From NCBI GenBank assembly GCA_000320545.1, contig ADNK01001076.1:1-64000 (forward strand): DNA of 64,000 bases, given 5' to 3'. Positions 50,860 through 62,996 of this stretch are shown in pieces (the first letter of the stretch is position 1; each line of letters opens with the position of its first letter). The notes under the pieces were generated by a model. That model saw only the letters and a list, made by a program, of their open reading frames with translations, was not told the DNA's origin and searched no databases. The position numbers and the translations under genes were made by a program. This DNA is from Bigelowiella natans CCMP2755 (taxonomy: Eukaryota; Protista; Cercozoa).

Positions 50860-52450
50860 ATCAGGTCGAGGGTTGATGAGTGAGGAGCTTATTGCAAGAC
50901 CCATCGAAACTGTGAGCTGCGATCCAGCGATCATCGTATCGTGAGATAAAAGGTCCATTCAAGGCCGTGGTTTACACCAGCAGTCAGGCTGGTGTAAAAA
51001 GGAGCACAGGACTCGTCGGTCGGGAGGATGATAGTAGATTTGCAACACCATATTGCTTATTAACTTATATTCGCATGGCATTGCTGTATTTTACATCACA
51101 AGCACTCTGTCATGTCTACCTAGGCATGGCCACATCTTGACATGCCGACTTACTAGATTATCCACACGAGCAATTTGATGTTTTAGCACGCGGGGCATCG
51201 TTTCGCGCCTCGCGCGACTACAGCAACTGACTGGATGCATGCGTCGTCATGTTATCGAACATGGTCACACAAGTCTTCTAGGCTTTGCTAGTTTGCGCTA
51301 CTAGACCAGCAAAGCTTTGTCATCATCTTGCAAAGTCTGCACGATGCAATCTCTAGAATCTAGCAATGCCTTGCGTCACATTTCGCTCTGCTCACACCAG
51401 CTAGCTAGCACAGCACACCAGAGCAACGCGATGCAATGCAGAATGCCCTCCAACCCTCTCACACGGAAAAACTAGCTAGAACTGGCGCCCTGACACTCAA
51501 GCTAGCACACAACTGCATCAATCCCGGTAACGAGTGGGTTTTGAACAAACTGTGCTTTGCGCGTGCGGCCTGGCGCGCTCAATCGTTGCAATTGGACATT
51601 GGAAGCACACTGGAGCCTGTTTGAGGTTCAAATTTGATTTTTTTTTCGAATTTCAGCTTGAAAACTTCATTTTTCAACGCCTGGCAGCGGGCGAAAATTG
51701 AAAAATTCTTACCACTTTTGAACACGCTAGCGCATTTGCATTTGCGTGCCACAAGTTTTGCAAGCTCATGAGGGTGTGTGCACACTAGCTTCATGGACGT
51801 GCGAAGTTTCAGCACACGCACGCAAAAAGCATGCACCTGGGCGCACACAAACGCGCAAATGTGCACTCAATGACTCTCAATTAAAGCTTCATGCCATTCG
51901 TTACACATTTGACACAGTTGTGCAAGCACAATCACAACATCCACGATCAGATGACTCGATGATCTCGAGCTGCAGCAGCAGAGACTTTGTGAAATGGCAT
52001 TGTTTGCACAATCGTCGGGCAGGCTAGCTAGCTTCAGAGCTAGCACTGGAGCGAAATGCACAATGAAGGTCACATGTTCGTTCCATGCTAGCATGCATGC
52101 ACAACGCATGCTTGCTAGCATGATTCGAAGTGTTCGATCGCAATTCGAAGACAAGTCGCATGTGCAGACACTTCGGCTGCATTTTTGTCTCTTGCTGGTT
52201 GCTTGTCGCAGCTTGGCAAATGCCCACTTGTCGCTGCTGCTGCAACCACACATTCCGCGGCTTGCGGATGGAAAGCATTACAACACTGTCTAGCTGTGTG
52301 CATGGGCTCATGCTAGCATGTGGAAACCAATGAAAGCTTGCTGATAACTTGGCATTTGTTGCTTGGCAAACTTGAGTTGGCTTAAATCCAGTTATGAAAG
52401 TAGATTTACTAGCCACACATTGATGACTGAGCGACTTGAACGAAAGTCGT
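50860..52450. other. Convergent intergenic tract, strongly TA-depleted, containing a probable transposon relic (about 51440-51900)
   Basis: Hand count over 51360-52320: 15 TA in CTAG and 5 elsewhere. The A/T-run-rich block at 51600-51720 resembles in style the subterminal DNA of the hAT element. No TIR or TSD resolved. Confidence 0.7.
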
Positions 52451-52559
52451 TTACAAGGTTTTTGGCTGATCAATTGTACCACTACTTGGCAGAATAGAAG
52501 GAAACATATGAAACATACTTATAGAATAATGAAAGGAAGATATTGACGATATTCTCCTT

Positions 52560-53438
52560 TTATGATTGCATTTTGCTTTGGATATGCACATCTAATTATT
52601 GAAGTTGTATTAGCAGTGTCGTAGTCCAACCTAACATTTTCCAACGCTTCATTTCCACCACTGAGCTATAAACATCTCGGATTTCCAAAAGATGAACTCT
52701 GGAGTCTCGACGTATGTGGTGATCTAAATGTGGACGAAGTTGACGGCTGCGTTTGGGATGATTTCTCGGACGGAAACCGCACTATCTAGGTAATAATCGG
52801 GGAGAAGTTGCCTCCATTTGAACATAAATTGTTGAAACAAGAACTTCGTTTACTCCTGAATATCAGATGGGAATTACATACAAATTACTTTTCCTGTTAA
52901 GATCAGACAACAGAAAGTGTATGGATACAATACCAACGAACCTTTGAACAACGGGACGTAACATAGACTGGTCATCTATTTTGCATCGAAATTTCACCGG
53001 GCTCTAATAATTGATTTAGAAATTTGGGTTATGGAAGCAATTCTCTCTGCAAATGTGACTTGAGGTTTCACCATTTTTGGAATTCTCTGTGAAGCTACGA
53101 GCTGTAGCTCTTTGAATAGACCAGGTGAAGGCCGGAAGGGGACAATGTACTGACAAAAAGTTGACAGGTTATCTTATCTCAACTTCTCGTGCACTAGAAA
53201 CAATTTTTACACAATGTACCCTTCTTCTGAAGGTCTTTCGTTTGATTAAAAGAGTGTCATCGACGGATTTGTTTTCGCGCCCATGTTGTAAGGCTACAGA
53301 TTTCGAGCAAAAGGATTTCTTGTGAATCATCCTCTGACAACTGAATCCAACCTTCGTTACAAACGAGTCCAAATCGAATTCGGCTGCTCCTTTATTGTCA
53401 TCCCTTTTCAGCTTCTGCTTTTTTTCCAAGCTCTCCAT
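52560..53438 (-). CDS. Hypothetical protein with short introns
   Basis: MESLEKKQKLKRDDNKGAAEFDLDSFVTK|RMIHKKSFCSKSVALQHGRENKSVDDTLLIKRKTFRRR|...; 3' end uncertain. Confidence 0.4.
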
Positions 53439-53560
53439 GATCCTCCACAGTGAACCCCCCTCCTTTCTTTTTATTTCTCCTTTCCGGGGTATTATTTCTC
53501 CTTGCCCTCGGAAGAAAAGGTGAAAATTAGGTATTTTCAGCAATATTTATCGAAAGGTGG

Positions 53561-53843
53561 TTTTGGCGCCAAAACGAGAAATTGACAAGTTGTTTTGGGA
53601 ATGAAGTGATTTCAGATATTAAGACATCCAACTTTACGTGTCGTCTTACAATTTTTCTCTCTTCTGCGGTCTGTTGAATACTTTGAACAGAAGGTAGTTT
53701 TCAAAGATCCTCTGTATTTAATTGTAGAATCACACCGGCGGAGACCAAAAACTTAATAAATGCAGAATGAAGAAATTGTGTAAAAATATTCCAATTTCAG
53801 CGGCTCAACTGCTCAACCTCTTTTCCCGCGCTTTTCCCGCGCT
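53561..53843. promoter_or_regulatory. E2F-like sites in a divergent promoter
   Basis: Palindromic TTTTGGCGCCAAAA at 53561 and tandem TTTTCCCGCGC x2 at 53821-53842 match TTTSSCGC. Confidence 0.5.
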
Positions 53844-53952
53844 TCTGGAAACATTTAAAAGCGGGTATTAACGGGGTTTAAGGTTCTCGCTCGAACAGAC
53901 AAGCTTTGGGTGCTCCCCACACATAGTACGATCCCGCAGGGAGATCGCGGAA

Positions 53953-54772
53953 ATGGTAGATTGACAAGCGACTTGAAATTGCTTGGGCGCATTTGAGACA
54001 ATTGTGATTTTGGATGTATTTAGGCTGAAGCTAAATCTGAGGCCAAAAGAAAGGTGCTATGCTCACTGGAGCAACACCTCGCAGAAAAGTCTTTCGGGGA
54101 AAACCTCGCAAAGAGTAAGTATTATTTTTACGTGTCAGTTTGAGAAGAGTAGAATGAACTTAATTTATCCGCCAAAAAAAGGCCTATCAGAAACAGCGCG
54201 TGGGCAGGGAGGGTCAATAATATCTGATCAAATATTGGAAGATACAATATCAGGTGCAATCTTTACATCAGTAGCGAGGGATCTTTGGATTAAGATCACG
54301 TTGAGCCATTTGTAATCCCAGTTGAATTTGATATCCTACTACAGCTCTGATTAAGCTACTCCCAGAGGAACTACGAAAGGATCTGCCCGCACCTGACAGA
54401 GTATCCAACATGACAATAGTTCTTCCTTTAGTTTTAAGGAAATTCTCGTTCACCCCCCTTTCTCTACTGCATACAAATAGGATTTCATACAAGGTGCACT
54501 TAGTCCAATGAAGCAAAAGCGGCCTAGGTTTTACAATCATATACATGTACTTCGTATCGTTATATAAACCTGTTTCGATATCCAGGGAAGGATGCTGGCA
54601 AGTAGATGATGTAGTAGAACTGGTGCAGGTAATGCTTAAGCTTAGATTTTATCTCTCAACTATCTAACCTGTCATATTGCTATACGATTAGGTGGTTTTG
54701 ATATCATTGGCAGCTGCTGTAGATAAATTTAGAGAAATAGGAGGATATGTTGTGGACGCAACAAAGCTCTAG
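53953..54772 (+). CDS. Small hypothetical protein with short introns
   Basis: M|AEAKSEAKRKVLCSLEQHLAEKSFGENLAK|..LIKLLPEELRKDLPAPDR|DFIQGALSPMKQKRPR|EGCWQVDDVVELVQ|VVLISLAAAVDKFREIGGYVVDATKL*. Confidence 0.55.
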
Positions 54773-54774
54773 TG

Positions 54775-55500
54775 ATGCGACATGGTATCTAGTAGACTAG
54801 CAGAGCATTAGCATTTGTATGTTGCTTACAGAGCGCTGCAATCGTTGGCTGACATCGTTGACACTGCGATGCATAGCTAGATTAACTAGATTAGGATGAC
54901 CATTGAAAAAATTTGATCATGTCATCACGAGAGCCGTCTCACACATCCATCTCTAGTAGCTCCATGTTAGGCGTACGACGTACATGCCTATAGATGCACA
55001 TGCATCGTCACATGTACAGCATTTGCATGACACATGATCGATGCGCGTTCGATTTATAGATTCACTGTCTAGCTATAAGGCATGGTACGCGATACGCGGT
55101 ATGCAGCCGGCGTCGTAGGCACGTGAAACACAAGCAGCCTAGCGACTTCTGCGCGCGCTGTACGTGATGAGCTTCGCATGCGCTCGGAACACTGCATGCA
55201 CTAGCTAGTGCATGCTAGCCAGCGCGTACATGTCACGACTAAGCCTTGCGCAAATGGCTGCGTCCAACTGCACCACGTGCTCATGTCCTTCGTTCAAACA
55301 TAGATCGAGCCTACCTAGCTATGTATTTGGCGTGAAGAAAAAACATGTAATGGCTCAGTCGACAAACGCAATGTCACACAGAGATCGGGCGACGTGCAAC
55401 TAGTTACACAAGGTACATCGTTTCTGAATTAGATAAATGCCTTGTGTATAATCATAAGTATATTCGTCTAACATGTAGATTTCAGAGAGTATATATTTTG
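54775..55500. other. Convergent intergenic CTAG/TGCA-rich tract
   Basis: Between facing stop codons; contains motif copy 7. Confidence 0.75.
54891..54945 (-). repeat. Bipartite motif copy 7
   Basis: Reverse complement TGTGAGACGGCTCTC...AAATTTTTTCAATGGTCATCCTAA. Confidence 0.75.
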
Positions 55501-55504
55501 TAGT

Positions 55505-57828
55505 CTAGTTTTGCTGTTCAGTATCCTCTTGAGCTTCCTGAAGTCCAGTCCAGTATGCTTTATGGTCAACAATCGTTTCAGCCCAGCTGTAGAGGTCATC
55601 CTGCATTGTTTTATAAATGTACATTAGCTCGCATCATCTGCAATTGACGGCAGAACCATTTTGTTACCTTTGCATCAGGTAGACGCTTGAAGGTCACCAC
55701 TTTCCGGTTCGAAAGGTTCAAGATTAATTTGTTACCTGAGAAGAAGAATTTCTTGAAATATAATTTTGGGACTGACTCAAATGATGTCTACCAAATTTAG
55801 CAACTCGCGCATCAATGATATTGGATAGCGGTATAACTGCAGTTTCCGAATTGAGCTTTGATCTTTCACCATCCTTGTTGATTTGGGTATCGAAATCCTC
55901 TAGGGCTTCGTAGTCCAACTTCATCGAAGAATAGTATAGGGCAAATTTGTGCAAGCATACCCACTTCTTCTTGTCTCCGCCGAAACTGAACCATAGACTA
56001 CTATGAGATCACAACTTTATATCTGAAGGAGAACTCACTAACCCTGGGTTTTTCTTGAGGAACATGGCAGGTGCAATCTTAGGGAGATCAGAAATTCCAC
56101 GCATGATGGGCTCATTCTCTCCACGGAATTGCACAGGAATCTTGCCTGTTTGTTGAACATTTAAGAATCAAATAGAAGAGAGAACGACGCTATTACATGT
56201 ACCTTCATATTTCATAGAAGCACGACGATTCACCAAATTCTGGGAAGACGGCAGAATTTCATCCTCCTGAGGAAATTAACTTTTAGAACAATGTGAAATA
56301 AGTTCGTGAAGGATTGTCATTACGTTGGCTTCGTCTGGGATTAAAAACTCAATATCCATCCACCGAAGACTTTCAAGCTGCTCCTGTAGAATATTATCAT
56401 GCATCCTTTAAGAAATAGAAAACCCTAAGCAGATCTCCCCTCTTCTCTATTCCTCGTTTTGCTCCAAGTGTTTTAGTGGTTGAGATGGATGTCAGAATTT
56501 ATATACCACAATATGTACCTTAGAAATCCTACTTTCCATGCCAGAAGCTTTTGCCTGCTCATATTGCTTGATAGCTTCTTTAAATTGGCGGGTGTGTCTC
56601 ATAACGATCTTCTGGACAATCTTTGTACGCTGTTGTCATTGTAAATTTTTAATTAGTTCTCGACAATTTAATCTGATCTTGTGAAAACATGGACCTACCT
56701 CATTGCCAAAATCATCTTGAACTTCATGTTCCGAGATATTGTGTCCTGCTACCTTATCAATGATCCATCCAACTTCCACTCCTTTCTCTGCAAAAAAGGA
56801 ATAAATTATATGAGTAAAATTTGGCATGTAGGCAACTTGCTGGTTCGAATGAAGAATCTACCGTTTGCTTGTCCGTGCTGGCTAATCTGGATGACATGAA
56901 CAAGAAGAGATGCTTCATTGTGAGAAATCACGAAACCCATCTTGTGGCTCAAATCAAAATGGAGGACTTTATGGCGACCACCCTAATTGGCAGAGTTATG
57001 TAAGCTTGTGAAATATTTAATCATGAATTATCAGAAACTTACTCGATCGCTTACAACAGTTTTTTCGTCTTCCATCTCAGCAGGTATTGCATCATCCTCG
57101 TCATCATCAGGTGCAATGACAGTCTGTGCAATCTCAGTAGGGGCCATCTGATCCATTTTCGGAGTGGGCTAATTTCAAGTTGGAAGTTTTCATTACTGAG
57201 TATTAATGATTGAAGTATGGTGGAAATATCAGCAATTCCGCTGCCACTGAAGTGCACTTGCTAAATAGTAAAAATTCATTTTACCTCAAGAGGACTCGAG
57301 TCAAGAGCAGGCGGAGAAGTTTCCTGAGAAGGCTTTTCTGGCTGCGTCGCTGCTCCGGTAGTTAGTATCGGTGCTGGCATAGAAGATGTATCTTCTTCGA
57401 CGTCAGGTTCATCGAAAATGCTTCTCTAAATAAAATTATGAATACGTGTTTTCTCTTCAGTGCAAATGCGCCTCCCACTCCATTGTCAGGATTGAGTTTA
57501 TGTTACCGGTTTTGTTCCATTCTTCTTCTTCTTCTCCCTCTCCATTTCGATCTTCCTCAAGGAGAGATCCATTACGGTGTTATCCATTGTTTCTCTTTTC
57601 TCAGGAGTATCTTTAGTTTCGTCCTAATAGCGAAAAATACGCAGTCAGTACATTGTGTTCACAATAGACTTATATTTGTGACCGGTAGGCCAACACTGTA
57701 GTGTTCATCGTTGCCCTTGGTATTGAGGTCTTCTGATTCTGCCCGCAGTGTAAATAAATTAGACCATTTTGATTTTAAACTAATTTCGATGATTGTAGAA
57801 GAGTACCTTCATCATTCACGATGGGCAT
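55505..57828 (-). CDS. Protein with a C-terminal PH-like domain and a possible degenerate PDZ-like segment
   Basis: Many short introns. EKGVEVGWIIDKVAGHNI is PDZ-like. MFLKKNPG|LWFSFGGDKKKW|ALYYSSMKLDY..AVIPLSNIIDARV..VVTFK..|DDLYSWAETI follows the PH pattern with the conserved Trp helix. Confidence 0.6.
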
Positions 57829-57862
57829 TGGGAGAGGCGCGCGGCCAGCACAGCAGCCGAAA

Positions 57863-60800
57863 ATGGCGAACATCGTCAAATAAATTTAAACTAATATATT
57901 CTTCGTCGTTTTCAAAAACACTAAGCTGATGCGGCCCCTCCAATGACACGCTCTATCTTCTTGATCCACAAAAAGCTCGGTAAGAATGCGGTGTCCTGTG
58001 GTTGACTTTCAATAGTATCTATCTCATAGGATCTTCAAGCAGGAATATCAAAAGACGACAAAGAAAAATGTACTTTAACTATACATCTACGACATGACTA
58101 AATTCAGTTATCACTGCTTTAATCTGGGTTTTACCTGTTTTCTGAAGTTTCAGGATAATGAAAATTAGTCTGAAATCTATCAGCTTCCCTTATCCCAAAG
58201 TCATCTTCATATATGTCCTGTTTTCGGGTAATTGTCATGTCTTTTACATTTTTACCCATTCGTTTTTAGAATAATGTGAAATAGATCTAGATCTGCTAGA
58301 GACAAGAACTTCAACAGACGTTACGCTGGTGTAGAGGTTGACCAAATTTTGCAAGTTCACCTTGGTCTTGTCTCTTTCCCCGGATTGTCTATTATTTTTA
58401 CCATGCGACAATTTTTTTTTTAGATGCAAAAAAACTAGAAAACAATGTCTTCATGCATGAACGTCATCCCTATTCGCTATAATTCAGTGAACTTTCTCAT
58501 TCCATGGCATTCGAGGACTACTAATTCAGCTTCACCTATGACGCATCATCGTAAGCAATCTGATTTATCATAATATTCATAATATTATTATTCCTTGAGT
58601 GAGTACTTCTCAGAAATTCATCTTGAACGTAGTAAATAATTTCCGCTTAAATGCTAATAAGTTGGCGCAAAATATCATATCAGTGATAACAACCTGAAGT
58701 AGTTTAGTGTTTATTTCTTTAATGTGAGTAATTAATTCATGCGGGATTTGACCTAAAAATGATGACATAAAACATTTGCAGCTTGCAGAATTTAATTCTT
58801 CCTCCCCTGAAGGTTTGGCCAGACGTCGGCAGACCTTTTCCACGGAAGGTATTTAGACGAACTATTTAGAATGGAGAAATAGGAGCTTACCTTCGTTGTC
58901 ATCTTCCCGAAAACTCTTTTGGGGCGTTGTAAATTCTCCTATGGGAAGCATGCAGCGAATATCATCATAATTAACATTGAGCAGAATGGTTCTGTCGGTG
59001 AAACCAGTCATATGCAGTCATGTCTTTCTTCTACTCTTTTGTGCTCAACGATCTCGATATTGTTCGAATAGACTTATCTTCCATGGGGATCACGACATCA
59101 TCGACCTCATCGTATTCAACTGCCACGAACAAAGACCATTATGATTGTAAGGTGGTGCAAGCAACCGAGAAAAAAATGCTTCAAAGATTTTTGCCTTCGA
59201 TTTGAGTATTTGTACATTTATTCAAGGTCAAGATGGTGCTTCTAGGTGGTCAAAACGTTGGGACATCTGCAATGGTATGCACAAATACAAAGTGCTTTAC
59301 ATAATCTAATTTTTTTGGCACATTTGCAGGTGAAGGATTTTTGGGATGAGCAGCAGCAGTATCAGGTTTTTATCCGCGTAGTTTTATCTATATTTTGGAA
59401 AGCTAACTGAATTATTCTGCCACGCGATAGACGTATGTTTCGTTTGAGTTCGCTGCTGGGGGGGTCGAAGTCAACATTAAGACGGTGACAACGCGAAGTA
59501 ACCCTCTAAGTTTTCAAGTAAGCAATGGTTATTTTGACTACTCAGCTCGATTTTCGGGGCAAGCGCGTGAGAACTGAACTCGCAGATAACGCAGGGTTGA
59601 TCGAAGGAAGCTTTTCGCAAGTTTCAACCCCAATCTCATTGCTGATTTGACTTACACAGGCGCATATTACCTTCTGATCCACTAGCTGAAGCAATATATG
59701 ACAATGCTAATGCGGTAGCACAGCCTGTTCTTTGTCACGAATCATTCGTCAGAGTCAATGTTTCAGGTTCTAATATGCTATTCACACCGAAAGCGCTCTA
59801 GTTTCGACCAGGCGAAAAAGTGGCTTGAACACACCCATAGATATGCTATGAAGGTACTTCTCGCTCATGCACACGTTATATAGCAGTCATTGTTCTATTA
59901 TACCTCTCAGAAGCGAAAGAGGCTGCAAGGTGTCAAAATCACACCGGATTCCTACTCCGTAAAACCCCAAGGGCGAGGAAGTAGATCCCCGGAAAGTCTA
60001 GGGACATCTCATGAAAGTTCCTCTCGATTAAGAAGAAGTGCTAATTCCAGTTTCCGACATTCAAAACGGGCGATAATACCTTCACTGCCGCCAACACAAA
60101 CCCCACACCCACTCCATTCGTCGTCGTCAACATTTACTTCGAATGCTGATTGGTGGCCTGATCGTGTGTTTGTAGTAGCAACGGGTAATTTACGATCTAA
60201 AACAAATCCAGTCTTCATTCCACCAATTTATGAGTGTGTACGATGCACATTTATCAGATCACTCATCAGAAGAAGAAGAAGAAGAAGAAGAAGAAGAAGA
60301 AGAAGAGACTGGTGATGAAAAAGCTAGTAGGGGTGCTAATAGAACAAGCAACGAGATTGCGGTCACTGGGACTAGCACCAAAGCAGCAGCAGATGCTGCT
60401 ATTGCAGATTCGTCGGAGTTGCTGGGGATAAATTACTTAGAAAATGGGCTCACCCAAAAGCAAGTCACCGTTGAACTTGAGAGGTAGTACTTTGGACGAG
60501 TATTTCCAAGAATGTTTGCTATTATGTTAAAATCTTCCACAACCCGTTTTTCTATTGTTGCATCTCAGTGTTCAGCACGAGGTATGGAATGTGCCCGAAA
60601 TATCAACGCTATGCGTGTCTTACCTGCCACGGGATTCACAGCGAAGGTCGCCACCAGATTTGTACCATTATTTCTTATACTAAATATATGCGTTTTCTAG
60701 GATCGGAGTCACAACAGGCAAAGCACTAGCATTAGCTTATAAAGCAAACTTCGCAGAGGTTGTTTGAAAGCAGTCACTTTTGTTGCGTGAGAATACAACA

Positions 60801-60928
60801 TTGGTTACAATTGACTACGGTTTCAGGTGAAGCTCGAGGACGCTAGAGGAGTCGCGAAAGTTTTTGTAGATCTTATTGATTCGACAATAATTCAAGAGTC
60901 AGAATCGTCTAAAGAAAGGAAAAGATAA
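57863..60928 (+). CDS. Protein with a C-terminal degenerate Rab/Ras-like GTPase fold
   Basis: KDHYDCK|VKMVLLGGQNVGTSAM|VKDF; AIYDNANA|VLICYSHRKRSSFDQAKKWL; GKALALAYKANFAE|VKLEDARGVAKVFVDL. Start and N-terminal exons uncertain. Confidence 0.6.
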
Positions 60929-60929
60929 C

Positions 60930-61925
60930 ACTTAAAGTGTGCTATGCGAAGGATACATTAAAGAAGCAGAAGTATTGTTCAAAAATTCATTTTTAGATTC
61001 CCAAGACTGGTGTTGTCAAGGCTAGTACAAGCACAATGCAATATCGATCGACGAATGAATGGTCCATGCTGAGCCACACTAGCACACACGACAACAAATT
61101 TGTGCATCGCAATAATGCAAGCGTCGGTCGACAGACGAAGCAATTATTGCCATGCTATGCAGTGTATAGGTATGGGATTTCATTTAATATTTCGGTGACG
61201 ACGCCTGCGACGTCATGTTATATTGTTCAATGTCCACCCCGCCTAGCTAGCATGTAGCGTGACGCAGGCTATAGCAGGTGTAACGTGCTCGATTACACTA
61301 GTACAATGCTAGAATGCGCAGCATATTCAGATGTAGCAATAGTAGCCATGCTAGCATGTCAGATGTGTATACACATCTAGATTGATAAACAATTGTATAA
61401 ACTAGTGGTTACCCACACCATCTGTCTACTGTCTATGCTACTACTCATAGCAAGCTATCGCATCTATACGCAATGTAACGCAAGCACAACTAGACAACCC
61501 CGCTTCGACTCATGCACACACTCACATCTTTAGACATGTGTAGATCTCTAGATCTAGCTAGCTAGAGATCTAGAGATAGCTAGATAGATGCGATGCAGTT
61601 AATTATGTAGACAGATCCAGAGCTGATCGACAGTGCTAGAGTGCCATTCTAGCTAGCCTCTAGGGCCGGCTCTAGCAAGCTAGTGCTGGCATAAACTAGA
61701 TAAGACTGCATGCTCGGTGCACGGGCGAGCTCTAGAGCTGTCAGTGCATGTTGCGCTACACAACTAGTAGCACTCGCTAATATGGGTGCACGTTCATGCT
61801 TTGCTATGATATCGCATGATATACATATCATTTGCTGTGCTGCTATTATGTAACAATGAAGCGTATACCATCTAGAGTTTAAGCTGAGGACTCATAAAAA
61901 TTAAGATTTTTATACAATACACTCC
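60930..61925. other. Convergent intergenic CTAG-rich tract
   Basis: For example TAGATCTCTAGATCTAGCTAGCTAGAGATCTAGAGATAGCTAG, between facing stop codons. Confidence 0.85.
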
Positions 61926-61927
61926 AC

Positions 61928-62937
61928 CTAGAAAGCTTGACCCATAGGACGATTTGTTTTAGTTTTGATTCTTCTTGGTGCCTTTTTGTCCATAGCAATA
62001 AGAGTAGGCTTTGGAGGAAGACGAGCGCGGATTCCAAGACGCATGACAACATCCCGGAACTTTGTAGGATTTCGTTTGTAAAGGTCTACAAGGTTTTTCC
62101 GCCGTTGCTGAATTGCAATGACAAGACCGCGTCTAGTCGAATAGTCCTTGCGGTTTGTTGCCAGATGCTGGAAGGAAAAACAGTTTGATGAATTTCGGAA
62201 ACGAATTGGGTCAGCGTAAAATTTTATTACCTTTGTTAGGTGATACACCCGTTGAGTAGTTTTTGCAATTTGATACTCTGGAGAGCCTTTGTCATTCTCA
62301 TGACGCATATATTCTGCAAGCATATCCTCCTGAGACTCCGTGGGGGTTTCGCTTAGCAGATCGTCATCAGTAGCAGAGCCTAGCCAATCAGAGCCGGAAA
62401 CATCAACTGGTACCCATTCCGAAGGCGGGCGAAGGGGTTCACGTAGGATAGCAAAAAGACTGTCGTCATCAGTCTTCGACTCAGCGAATAGCTCTTCTGC
62501 TCCTGTGCTTTGCTGGCCCCCTTCCTCAGCGCAAATTCTGTTTTGCCTTTGGGGAGCAGACATACGGCCTATACGTCCAGTCATTTGCGGTGCAAGACGT
62601 GGAGCCTGGATATTAATAAGTTAAATTCAAATTTCGCATATTATCCAGTGAAGGAAACTAACCACAAAAGATCTTGCTGAAGAAGTACGGATCGCAGAGC
62701 CCACTAAAGGACTGAGTATATTGTGAAATCGATTTGAATGAAATGATTATCCGTATATTATACCAAGCTGAAACTCACAAGTTCATGGACATAAAAAATC
62801 GTCATGCAATATTGGGCAAAACACTAAAAGCAAATTGTCCACGTTCAATACATTTCGCTTCCAAACGACGACATACACGTAAATGTAAAAAGTTATTGGT
62901 ACACTCATTCATTGACGCGCGCGCGCGCGCTTGTGTG

Positions 62938-62996
<59 letters not shown>

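Noticed and set aside
51440-51790. piggyBac-like ends (CAACCCT...AGGGT)
   Set aside because: No convincing TIR pair or TTAA-derived TSD could be matched.
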